A stretch of DNA of 64,000 nucleotides, taken from Felis catus. Its lineage: Eukaryota. The notes beneath the pieces were generated by a model, which saw nothing but the letters and a program-made list of their open reading frames with translations, was not told the DNA's origin and did not search any database. The stretch's first letter is position 1. Each line of letters begins with the position of its first letter. The position numbers and the translations under genes are program-made. The DNA is taken from assembly GCF_018350175.1 (NCBI RefSeq), contig NC_058368.1, positions 33,730,001 to 33,794,000 of the forward strand, given 5' to 3'. Below are positions 48,069 through 60,197 of this stretch, in pieces.

Positions 48069-48231
48069 TATGAATATATAATTATCATTATGATATCTAT
48101 ATCATATATATAATCATATATATACAGAGAGAGGTGGCAGGGGAGGAGTGAGTGAGGGAAGGATCAGGGGAGAGGGAGACAGAGAGAAAGTATTTGTTTC
48201 TCTGGAGATCTGTTTCCCCAACTAATATACA
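47600..48231 (+). mobile_element. MLT2-family (ERVL) solo LTR with an internal (TA)n tract
   Basis: GTGATGGTGAATTTAAGTGTCAAC...GGTTAAACATTATTCTAGATGTTTCTGTGAAG...GGACTTGCCAGCCTC...ACTAATA. Confidence 0.85.
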
Positions 48232-49213
48232 TGGTATATTTAGACTTGAAAAACTGCAATTGGTTTTACAATTAACGTTATTTGAATATGTCAAGGGTTT
48301 TATTTATTTTTTTATTTATACTTAACTTCAGTATCAATTATCCAGGGAAATGTGTGATTTAAAAATATTAGGCATATTTTCAGAAAATGTTATTTGTCTA
48401 AACTCCATCACTGTCATAAAATTAGGGATTTCTCAGTATTTGAAAGTATTGTTGGCAGTAATATCACTGGGACATAATATTAATAACTTCCCTCCCTAAA
48501 GCTGTCATCTAATTTGGCTCTGCTTAAAACCTAATCGGGAGAAAAGAGCAAAAATTTATTTGCATTGTTTCCAATACAGAATTGACATTTACCTATTTCA
48601 TAGTGAAAACAGATAATAACATTTATTTAGCCCAATTCTACTCTAGATGTGTCTTAGAAAAGTTAAAAAGTGAAATTAATAGGTAATTATATTTCCAACA
48701 CTTCTCTCTGAATAGGAAAGGGGATGTTTAATTTCAGAGGTAAGGGCTATTTTTTCATCTGCTGAGTTTCTATGTTTTAGACCACAGTCCATCACTCTTC
48801 CAGTTAAAGCGCTTAGGTAACATGCTACAAAAAACTCAGACTCTGCTGCATTAAATGCATGTTTCATCTTCATAAGCACATTTGCAAATGGTAATAATCT
48901 TTACATGATCAGTAATACGAACAGTAATAATCATTCATCTTTAAAGAGAAAGGTCTCTTTAAAATGGGAGGGCAAAATGAGTAGTTGAAGGAACAAAGTA
49001 CACAATAAGAAATGACAGAATCAACCAAATAGAGTATACTAGTGCTTTAGTCACACAGGCTAGACTAACTGCTACAAGGCTTATGTGACTTGTCAGCTTC
49101 CCAGCTTCCCAGCTTCTCAGTCTTTCTGTGCATAATTTTCAAAATTCACAGGCTGCTTTTGTTTCCAAGCTCCTAATGTGGTTTTTTTTTGTTTTTGTTT
49201 TTTTTTTTCAGTC

Positions 49214-49537
49214 TGTTCTTAGTCCATTCGGGCTGCTATAACAAAATATTACTGGGTGACTTAAAAGCAACAGAAATTTATTTCTCATAGCTCTGAAGTC
49301 TGGAAGTCTGAGATCAGGGTACCAGCATGGCCAGGTGAGGACTCTTACAGGTCACAGACTGCCCTTTGTGTCTGCAGAGCTCTGCATGACTCTTTTATTA
49401 TAGCATTAATCCCATTCATCAGGGCTCCACCCTTATGACCTCACCAGCTCTTAAAGATCTCACCTGCTAAGACCATTACTTTGGGGATAAGGATTTCAAC
49501 ATATGAATGTTGGAGGAGATACAGTCCGACCATAGCA
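49214..49537 (-). mobile_element. MLT1A-like (MaLR) solo LTR
   Basis: CTTAGTCCATTCGGGCTGCTATAACAAAAT...CAACAGAAATTTATTTCTCATAG...AGGATTTCAACATATGAAT...CCATAGCA. Confidence 0.88.
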
Positions 49538-49579
49538 GGTGAGACTGGACAAAATTTCCAGGTTCCCTGTATAAATAAC

Positions 49580-49770
49580 CTGGTTGAAGTCTTGCCTTTA
49601 GTACTTACTAGTTACGCAAACTTTGCCACTTCCATAACCTCTCTAGTTGAATACCTTCCTCTTTAATTATGGGGTTAGAGATATCTAACTTATGGACTGG
49701 TACAGAATAAATGTGAAACGTTTAAGAGGGTCTTTGTAAATAGAGAAAGGCTCTATCAATATATTCAGTA
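49580..49770 (+). mobile_element. MIR fragment
   Basis: CTTACTAGTTACGCAAACTTTGCCACTTCCATAACCTCTCT...TTCCTCTTTAATTATGGGG. Confidence 0.45.
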
Positions 49771-50249
49771 CTTTTTGTATTTTTCTGAGGAGAGTGATGC
49801 TTTGAGATGACAATCTATTTCAATACACTTTTTTAAAATTTCTTTTTCTTTTTCTTTTTCTCCTAAAACATCACCACTCTCAGCAGCTAGTTCTAAAAGC
49901 TGTCCACGTGCAACCAAATCCTGTTTCCTTTGGACTTTGCTGCTTGCTATTTAATGCCTACTATATAGATCATATGAGAAGTTGCTAAAAAAAAAATGTA
50001 GCATTGTGAAATAGATTTTTACAAAAATATCATATTCTATATTATTACAGTAATAAGAAAATAAGCTACCTAGTTCCTAAGTGTTTTAGTCTTATTTTAA
50101 AAAACTTTTTTTCCAGATCCCCACTGATTCTTTCTTTATGTTGATTATTAGGTATTTTCAGTCAAGCCATAGAAACTGCAGAGAATAACACAATAGAGTC
50201 CCTTCACATTGGTAACAGTTACGGATTTCTACATGTGTCTATAACCTGC

Positions 50250-50820
50250 AGATCTGGGGAAACTTGAGTCCCAGAAGGCCCCCTCTGCAATGATGCCTGG
50301 TGAAATCTGCAAGAGACCAGGGCAGATGGGGTCATTTGCAGAGAAGGTCACTGGCAGGTACCCACTGCAGAAGTTTTCACAACATGGCTGATACTGATAT
50401 CCCCTGCTTTTCTTCCTTGTTCCCAGCTGGCTCTATACATCTATCTTAGCTTTGCCAGTCTTTGGGTGGGGTGAAACTTAAGCGGGACTTTTGTACGGTG
50501 CCCCAAAAGGCTAGGGAAACTTGTCATTCACCCCCTCCTTTTCCCTGTGAGGGGGACTCTTTTAAGCTAGGGAGTTCCCTGTTGGTGCTGTGCAAAGCCA
50601 GTTTGGGGAATGGGGTGACACATGCAAAATGAACCTTGTTCTTCCTTCCCCAGTGCAGTTATTCCGAAGATTTATGTTCCACTGTGTTCCTGAAGTTTCT
50701 TATGTGGATTCCGGGGCTCTCAGAGAGCTGTGTTTGTTTGTGGATTACTGTCTAATTGCTGATCTTTTTGCTGGAACAGAGACTGGGGTCTTCTAGTTGG
50801 CCTTCTCATTGATGTCACTG
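50250..50820 (-). mobile_element. Old L1 5'UTR fragment
   Basis: Ends GGGGTCTTCTAGTTGGCCTTCTCATTGATGTCACT, an antisense L1M 5'-terminus-like motif. Confidence 0.55.
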
Positions 50821-53800
50821 TGCAGATCCCAAATGACTATTTCTTTAGGTGAAAAGACATGTCTATTTGGTGATATTGGCTACAGATTTAAACTGTGTGT
50901 TTAGCATCCATACCTACCTGAACCTTAATGTAAACCTACTAGCCAGTGAGTTCAAGGTAATTTTAACATATGTGGTCATGCAAATAACTCTTCAATGCAG
51001 GTCAATTAGGAATGCATTCAATTTTGACTTGAAGAGACACACGGAAGAAGGAACTCAAAATTTAGTGCATGTAACTTGAAAGCCCTGTCGAAGATAAGAC
51101 TATTTTGTAAACACTAAAACTTTGCAGCTTTCAGAAGTTCCAAATTAGCTATTCTCCCATCTAGAGAAGAAAAATAATATTATCTAACATCTAGGTCAAA
51201 TTAGACATATATGTAGTCTTTTCCCACCACATAAATTTTAATATATTAAACACATGACATGATTCCAGTCTGGTGGTGGTTTCGTTGTTAAGCTACCTAT
51301 GAGTGCTGGGTATCTACCTATAATCAACTTAACAAACTGTTTTCAACACTGTTTGTTGTCCCTTTCCTATGGTTACAATTTACAACTTTTGCTTTAAACT
51401 GATGGTGAATTCATTGACCTTAACATCTCCTATACGAAATTGACTGACTCAATGACTGAGCAGTAGCAAGCAGTGTCTCACCTGATTTTTCCTTTTTGCC
51501 ATATTCAGGACCAAAAAAGCAAAAAGAAAAACATAACTCACATACACTAGCAGAATCATTTCCTGAAACATGTTATGCCTTTCTCCTTTCTTAAGCAGCA
51601 CTAACCTGGGCTGAGGTCTGTGCTTTACTGTAAAATTTCTATCAATCGCATAGTATATTTTTCAAGACTGAATAATAAAACGGCACCTGTAAAAATATTT
51701 AACGCATGACCAAGAATGCTCTATTTTCATGAAATTTGAATCTCTTCATTGTTTCCCACTTTTTCATGTCGAAGTCATCCATACTTCTTTATTATCCAAG
51801 GGGGTTTTCTTACTGATACCATAATTGTACATTTTCTTCATACATTTGCTATTCAGTTTAGATTGTTTCAGTCAAATTAGAAAATTGTTGAGTTCTGCTC
51901 AAGGTAATCCTTTATTTACAATCTACAGTATAATTCTATCACATTTTTTTTTTACTTTTGTTATCGAAATGACTGTGTTCAATAATGCACATTTTCAGCT
52001 TAGGATATTCACTCGCCATCATTTGTCATTGAAGCTAACTGCCAAGGAAACAAGGAGAGGGAACTGAGACATGTCACCTGCCAGAGTTCTACTGGAAGTT
52101 GGTGACAGAAGAATTAAAATTCACAACCTCAGAAATTCAGTGTGGAGTTGGCCACATTCTGCTGCATTCTCCATCCTGCACAAGAATGGAAGGTAGAAAT
52201 TAAAATTAAAAAAAGAACAGAAAAGTCTGTTGATTGTTTGCTGAGATCTAAATTATAGTGTTGCAAACTGTCAGGATAAGCTGCCCAGCTCTGTCAATCA
52301 GAATGATGGAAGCTGATACTCTCGGGGGTGGTTTTTCATGCCTCTTGGGAAAATCTCTTCCTGATCTCACCAGGGAGATCAATAGAAGCCAAGAAAACAT
52401 AATGTCCAGAGGCATATCCTAATCCAGAGGGGCGATTTAGCCACTACTTTCACTCAAAGCCTACTCTGAAGCTTCCTCTGGGTGGGTTTCTGCCCTGGGG
52501 CACAAGGATTGGAGAAAACAAATAACAAGACAAATTTAGTTTCTCAGTTATTTGGCCACCGCCCGGGAGACTGAATGGCTAAGATTAAGAAAACCTGAGC
52601 AACATACCAAAGAAAAATTGAGGGAAGGAAAAAAATCAACCAATGAGAAACCAGAAAAAGATAGTATTAATTTTCTGTAGTTTAGACAAAAGCTACATTT
52701 TAAACAATATGTCAGTAAAATAATAAAATCAATAATGTTAGCAGTAACTGCTCTGGGCCGGCCAGAAAATGGGTGTCTCAAATTGTCATTGAAAGGTAAC
52801 AATTTCTTTACGTTGTGAATATTACAGTTGAAAATACAAGTTAAGAAAAAGAATATGAAAAATTGTCCTAAGTCTGTCAGTATATTGTACAATTCTTAGA
52901 AAACATTTACATAGTATAAATCGTTAAGAAAAATCATTTAAAATATAACTCAATTAACAAAAACAAACAAGCAAAGCCTTCTGCTATAAGGATTAGCACG
53001 TGCTAATATAAACACTTAAACTCTTTCCAGCCAGACTGAAGTTTTCATCAAGTTTCCTAGGAGACCAGGAAGGAACAGGGAAGAAAAATACTGATTATGT
53101 TTTTGAGGAATGGTGAATTGCATAAGAGAAGCACCTAAGAGCAGTCTAAAAGATATAGCAGCATAGTCAGTGAAAAGAAGAATCTAATCAGAAGGTAGGA
53201 ACTCTCAATTACTTGGGTAGAGCTGATACAACTCCTACTGGGTAGCCTAGAAGATATTAAATGAAAAGTGATAAACAATCAAAATAAATAGTATGTTTAA
53301 TAGTGTTTTTAGGAACTTCTATGTCATTACCAGCTTCTCAGTGATGATGGAATTACTTTTAACTTGGATCCAAGGCAAATCATTGTTTAAACTCATACTA
53401 GGGCATCATGAAACAGAGCAGAAATTAGAGTTCTCAGAGAGAATGAAAATACAAAACCACTTAGAGAAGTAAGGTTTTTTTTAGTAACTATAAACACGCA
53501 TTTGAAAAATCATTATCAGTGGAAAACAAACTACCATAGGAATTAGTTAATTATGTACTCTATTATCTATAAATTTGAGTAAAGCTACGTACATCATGGA
53601 GACAATCTTTTCCAGCCGTCTTAGAAGCCTTGTTGCTCCCCAACAAAGGAAGGGACAACGCGTATAGAAACTGTAATAGACAAATAGTATGGAACCCAGA
53701 CTGGAATATTAGCCGAAAAGAAAGCAAACTCTGAGTGCAATCTGGACCCAAACTGCAACAATCTCCTTAGATAAATTTTGCCAAAATTACGCTCAATCCC

Positions 53801-54898
53801 TAGAGATGAGCTATTACTAGTTACTAGCAGAACCCTATCCGTGAGTTTTTATTGTTTCTTTGATATATCCTTTCATAACTGTGTAACTCTTACTATTATA
53901 ATGATTTTTCAGATACTCCTCCCATTGTTTTACCAAAGTTCCCATTTCGTTGTGCCGTGAATGAACACATGAGTATAATCTTAAAATTTTCTATTTCTAC
54001 TAACTCAGGACCTGGTGTTGCAGCATGTATGCGGACACTAACAAAAATTGAACTGCCCACTGGCATGTATTACATTACGATGTTGGGCCTTTCTTCCGTT
54101 TGGAAGCAAACACTTTCTGTATGGAGGAAAACTTTTGCTTAAATAATACCACAGAAGAGAATAATCGATCCCTTCTTATCCATCCTGCTATTCATCCAAT
54201 CTATCTCAATAGCCAAAAGTTTCTCCCTTATTCTTAAATGCCTCATTTTCCTGTGTGTTAGTATTTCTATCAGTCTCATTAACCAAAGTCCTTGTCATTT
54301 TGCTACTGAAGGGTCACCAAACTGGCATCATTAAATAAGATTTACCTGTACGTTGCAAACAGTTGCTAAGCTCTGCTTTCCCACCTCTTCACTGTTCCAA
54401 CACCAGATTTAATCAGCCCATTTCTCACAGAACGAGGGAAAAACTCATTAAAGAACCATTTCATGTTTCACTGACCTATCTCCAAACTTATTTTCCAAGT
54501 TGTCCCCTTTATTTAAGCTAAACATTCACATTTGGTAATTAACATGTGTTATGTGGAACTGTTTCCTCTGTGCGTAACTCAACCAGTTTTTAAATTTTAT
54601 TCTTCCAGATCATTTATAACTGCAATCTGGAGAAGAAAGAGAAGTAATGCTGAAAGTAGGAAAATTATTTACAAGACAACTACACTAGCAGAGAAGAGAG
54701 ATGAACTAAGGCAGTGGCAGTAAGTGAGGGTAAGAGCTGAGGCAGTAAGGCAGGTCAGCCTCAACAGTAACATGATCGGCATTGCTGCACTGTGCAATAT
54801 TTTTCTGGTGAATGCATACAATTTTTTTTTTATATTTGCTTGACTTTCTGGGTACTAATCACCATCCTTCTTCAAGGTTCTTTAAAAAAAAAACTGTA

Positions 54899-55095
54899 GG
54901 GGCGCCTGGGTGGCTCAGTCGGTTGAGCAGCTGACTTCAGCTCAGGTCATGATCTCGGGGTTCATGAGTTCGAGCCCCGCATGGGGCTCTGTGCTGACAG
55001 CCTGGAGTCTGCTTCAAATTCTGTGTCTCCTTCTCTCCCTGCTCCTCCCCCGCTCATGTCTCTCTCTCTCCTTCAAAAATAAGTTAAAAAAAAAA
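54899..55095 (+). mobile_element. Can-SINE
   Basis: GGGGCGCCTGGGTGGCTCAGTCGGTTGAG head; AACTGTA on both flanks. Confidence 0.95.
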
Positions 55096-55784
55096 CAACT
55101 GTAAAAACCCTTGTTTCATGGTGAATACACATGATGTAATAGTTTTGTCTTTGCTTTTTTTTTTTTTTTTTAATATGGTGGAAATAGAAAAACCGCCTCC
55201 TCCTGAGCCCTATTCTCTAGCTCCAATCTGTACCAATTATCCATTTTACTGGAAATGATTTCCTACTATTTCTAGAAAACATTGTTTCTTTCTCTTTTTT
55301 TTCTTTTTCTTTTTCAGAGCTTGCATTTATGGAACTGCTTTATTCTACCGTCATCTGTAACAGATAATGTACAAAGTTTGTAAACTACTGAGTTGGAAAT
55401 AAATGTCCTTTATATTTTGAAGGGTTGTCTTCCCCTTCCCACTTTCAAGGGTGCTTTGATAAATTAACACCATTACTTAACATGATAATCTTGGCATAAA
55501 CTAACTCTCACTGTCTGTCTGTCTCTCTCTCTGGAAGATTTTAAGGTCATTAATTTTTCTCAGGTTTTTTTTAAAAATCGTGTAGCAATTATACCTTCAT
55601 ATGGGTAACTGAAAAATTCTTTGTTCAGCTACTCGGTGTGCTCTTCAAAATGGCTGTTTCATGTCCTTCCAATTTTCTTCAGTTACTTATTTTATAATTT
55701 CCTCCTGACTGGGCTTGCAATTTCCCTAGAACTCTTTTAGTAGGATTTTTAGTTTCCTATGACTTGTCAAGTTTCTGGAGTAAT

Positions 55785-56006
55785 TTTTCTTTTTCCTTTT
55801 TTTTTTTTTTTTGTTGTTGTTGTTGTTGTTGAGTGAAAGCCACAGGCACACAGGAAGGGGAGGGGAGAGAGGTAGAGGGAAAGAGAGAATCCTAAGCAGC
55901 CTCCAAGCCCAGCACAGAGCCCTACACAATCTCACAACTGTGACATCATGACCTGAAATGGAAATTAAGAGTCAGACTCTTAACTGATAAAACCATCCAG
56001 GGCCTC
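55785..56006 (-). mobile_element. Can-SINE (diverged) with (TTG)n tail
   Basis: GAGAGAATCCTAAGCAG...CAGCACAGAGCC...ATCATGACCTGA...AGAGTCAGACTCTTAAC. Confidence 0.85.
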
Positions 56007-56011
56007 CTCAT

Positions 56012-56229
56012 TTTTTTTTAATTTTTTTTTTTAATGTTTATTTATTTTTGAGAGACAGAGACAGAGAATGAGTGGGGGAGGGGTAGAGAAAGAGAGGGAG
56101 ACACAAAATCCGAAGCAGGCTCAAGGCTGTCAGCACAGAGCCTGAAGTGGGACTCGAACTTACCAACTGTGAGATCATGAACTGAGCCGAAGTTGGATGC
56201 TTAACCGACCGAGCCACCCAGGCGCCCCC
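56012..56229 (-). mobile_element. Can-SINE (SINEC_Fc type)
   Basis: Full structure ending GAGCCACCCAGGCGCCCC; CTCCTC flanks. Confidence 0.95.
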
Positions 56230-57944
56230 CTCCTCTTATTATTTTTATATCAGCATCTATTTCTTTCTACTTGCAATGATTTCCCAAAATGTCTTTTCCA
56301 GTATTTATATTTACATTTTACCTTACAAATTTCAAATTTCAAAACAATACCTTCCCTGTGTTCTGATTGTTTATCACTATTCTTGCTTTAAGAATGAGAC
56401 AGACATTTCTTCTGTTCTATTGTCTCTGTTCCCTTCATGTGCATTTTTGTTCCATGTAGATTTCCTCAAATGTGTCATAATTCTTGGCTGTATACTATAC
56501 GATATACTATGAGGCATAAAAACGCTATCTGGAAGCTTTGTGAGCCTGCATGAGCATTGTGAGTGAATGACATTCAATGTAAAAAGACTAAGTAGAAACT
56601 TCTAAATTTCAATGCTTATATTTTCTCTTGGCCTCTCATTGTCTCTAGAAAAGAGCCCAGCATTCTCCTTCCTCGGGGATATAAGCCTATATACACTGGG
56701 AGGCGGACATGCGGCAACAGGCTGCCCAAATCTTTTATGTGTAGATTTGACTTAATCTCTCCATCTTTAGTGCACTCACCCTGCAGTGCCTTCAGTGAGC
56801 TCTGAAGGCCCCAATCCACAGTCTTCTAGATTTACTATCGCAAGAGCAGAAATGTCTCCTTTGTTCAAGGGAGACTGAGGTAGGGTTGGTTTTCAACAGA
56901 TTCTTGCTCTTCTAGTGCTTCTATTCATGCCCATACTCTGAAGCTCTTCATGTCTCCACTCCAGGCATGTGTGCAAGTTCTGAGTGAGAGACTGACTTTG
57001 GTCCTCACGGGCTTCCTCCTGGCCAGCTCTCAGGTTTCAAGTTTAATTTGCTCCATTCGGTCAATTGCCAATGACTCGTTTTCATAATTTGTTGACTTTC
57101 ATGTTTTACTATTTCTTAAGTTCAATTGTTCCTTCTCTTCTTCATCTTTGTGGATTTATACAATTGTAAAACTCGAGTTCAGCCATTTTAGTGTTTCTGT
57201 TTATTTTGTAGGAAGCTGAGAGAATCTCTTATGTTTAGCTAAAAACCCAGGTGATATCTTTGAAATGGAAGAAAGTTTGTAGAAAAGAAAATACAAAGGG
57301 TTGTGAAAGAGGTCAGCAATGAAAGAAATGACCCTGAGTGGGAAGATGTAACACAAAGCCGTATAGCAATAAGGGTATGGATAAGGGTATGGGGTCCTAT
57401 ACAAAGAACATGAGTGAACTAACTGACCTCACAAGTACAGGTCACCCAAGATGAAGTCCCAATGTCAAAAGCTCAATAATGAAAGTAGATTTCAATCTCT
57501 GAGCAGTATTCAAATACTACAATACTGAAGACATCTTTTGATGTTTTTTTGATAACTCTCTCCAGACAGATCAAGGTGACTAGCATGCTCAAGCTTAGTG
57601 TAGTGTAAATCAGAAGTCCTGAGGTGGCATTGGAAAAGTAGGTATTGGGGTTGTATGGCCTCATTGTTGAAAAGTAACACACTAGGCATTGCTTGGATAT
57701 TGATCTTAAAACTACAAGTTTTCATAAGAGCTAACTCTAGATAATCACCAAGAGTGGATGGATGTAACAGTCTCTGGTCTGTGAATTCAACATTTTCATT
57801 TTAAATTATTCTATACTCTATAAGCTAGAGCATCTCCATGTAAGCAATGGCCCCCAAAAATTCAGAAAAAATAGGTGAACAAGCAGCCTCAGTGAATGTA
57901 TACTTTATTTCCTGAACTGTAAAATGGGGGATAATTATAGTTCT

Positions 57945-58116
57945 TATGGCTTCATTGTGCATGTGACTTAAACAGTTACATAGAGCCTACACTTAGAAGA
58001 ATCTTGATTTGGTGTTCAGTTTTTGGTATCTTGAAATTATTAACAGGTTTTTTTTGGACAAAGGGCCCCATGTTTTCACTTTGCATTTGGCTTTGAAAAT
58101 TACGTAACTGGTCCTG
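57945..58116 (+). mobile_element. MER91A-like hAT-Tip100 element inside a MIR
   Basis: TCTTGAAATTATTAAC...ACAAAGGGCCCCATGTTTTCACTTTGCATT...AATTACGTAACTGGTCCTG; MIR CTGTAAAATGGGGGATAAT upstream resumes CCTCATAGAGCTG downstream. Confidence 0.7.
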
Positions 58117-59780
58117 TTCCCACCTCATAGAGCTGCCATAAGAACTAAATGAAACAGCACAGTGCCCTGTAGATATTAATCCTTCAACAATGCCAGCTGC
58201 CAGACTTATTAGAATAATTGTTGTTATTATCACTATTAGCAATAGTAGTAGTATGAAGGATAGAACTTTATTCAGTCATACTTAATCACACTATGCTCAT
58301 TATTCACCCATTCTTCAACATAGAAGCATTCATTATTCCTTATGTGTTAGATACCGTTCTGGGGAACGTATTAAAATCACCAGTGTATCCAAAAAAAAAA
58401 AAAAAAAAAGAACCACCAGTTCATCTATATTCTCAATTAGACCATAACATTTTTTAAAAAAGAGTTTATCATGTTCATTTCAATAGCCCCCATGCCTATC
58501 AAATATAGTGGATCCACAATTATTTGTTGGAAAAATAAATGACTAAGTATTTTGAAAGTACCTTATAAGCTATTAAGCCATATCAAATGAAAGCTATTTC
58601 TGTTATTCACTCTTTTTGACAATTACATATTAGGTGCCTTCCTATTTAACTTTTAACTGTGTTCTTCCCACCTACTCACTCCCCTTGGCAAATATATCTA
58701 AAAGCATGGTCCTATTAATATGAAAGCATCATACATACTACACCCATTAGGAAGCAGGCAAAATTCTTAAATTTGACACACTTAAAACTCAAAGATTATA
58801 ATGGAATAGGTCACTGATGCAATTGTATTCTCTTACAAAATTGAAATCCCTTCATCATCATATTAGAAACGTATCACTTCTACGAACAGGATGATGGTAT
58901 GATGTCCGATGATATATAGAATTTAATTATAAAACTTTTATCACAACATGCAAATACAAAATCACAACTGTGTTCAGTTTTTAAGGAGATGGGTCTTGTC
59001 ATAGCAAGCAAACAGTAAGTCTTTTGGCTATAAAGGCATTTTCCATCCACAGCCTCAATACTTAACTCCAAATACCACCATCCGAAAAAAGGGTCCAATT
59101 AAACACACAGTTCTTTTGAAAATCAGCCTAATTAGAGATACTGGGGGATTACTGCCAAGAAATCAGATTGTTTTACTTTCAAGTTTTATAGAATCCATAT
59201 GCTTGATAAGGTTATACAATGCTGATATGTTTATCAGGTATTTCAATTCTCTGAATTGCAAAGAAGATTGTAGCTCAACCATGTGGACTTTGCCACTTAA
59301 CTGATTTTAGTTATGCAAATATTAACTATATGTTGCTGCTCATGAACTAGTCTACTTGAAACTCTTGTTTCCTGCACAATTATGCCATAGCATTGGTGTA
59401 GTGATAATGTTGGTATAATAAGAATAATAAGAATCATCATTGTTAAGTTCTACCTTTGTGGAAAGGCACTAAAAGTTCTGAAGCTAAGAAAACAAAGATA
59501 GTAAAGTTGACCTTTGAACAATATGGGGGTTAGGGGCACTCTTTCCCAAGCAGTAAAAATCAGTGCATCACTTTTGAGTCTCCCAATACTTACCTACTAA
59601 TATACTATGGTTGACTAGAAGCCTTACCAATATAAATTTGGTTAACACACATTTTGTATGTTATATGTACTACATACTGCATTCATAAAATAACCCAAGC
59701 TAGAGAAAACATAATTAAGAAAATCATAAGGAAAAGAAAGTATATTTAAAATGTGGTGGTGTATTTATTAAAAAAAAATA

Positions 59781-59998
59781 GGGGGACACCTGGGTGGCTG
59801 AGTCGGTTAAGCATCCAACTTCAGCTCAGGACTTGACCTCGCGGTTCGTGAGTTCAGGCCCCTTGTCGGGCTCTGTACTGACAGCTCAGAGCCTGGAGCC
59901 TTTTTCAGATTTTGTGTCTCCCTCTCTCTCTGCCCCCTCCCCATTCACACTCTGTCTGTCTGTCTGTATCTCTCAAAAATAAACAAACATTAAAAAAT
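59781..59998 (+). mobile_element. Can-SINE (SINEC_Fc type)
   Basis: Full head, CT tract and tail. Confidence 0.95.
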
Positions 59999-60007
59999 AT
60001 AGGGTAT

Positions 60008-60197
60008 TGGGTGCCTGGGTGACTTAGTGGGTTAACTGTCCAACTCTTGATTTCAGCTCAGGTCATGATCTCACAGTTCATGAGATTGAGCCCTGCTTCA
60101 ATGCAGAGTCTGCTTGGGATTCTCTCTCTCCGTCTCTTTATACCCCTCTCCCACTTGTGCATGTGCACTTTCTCTCTCTCAAAATAAATAATTTTAA
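60008..60197 (+). mobile_element. Can-SINE (older type)
   Basis: Head TGGGTGCCTGGGTGACTTAG; ATAGGGTAT on both flanks. Confidence 0.92.

Noticed and set aside
57369..57392. ATAAGGGTATGG direct repeat x2
   Set aside because: A single short slippage duplication with no further structure.
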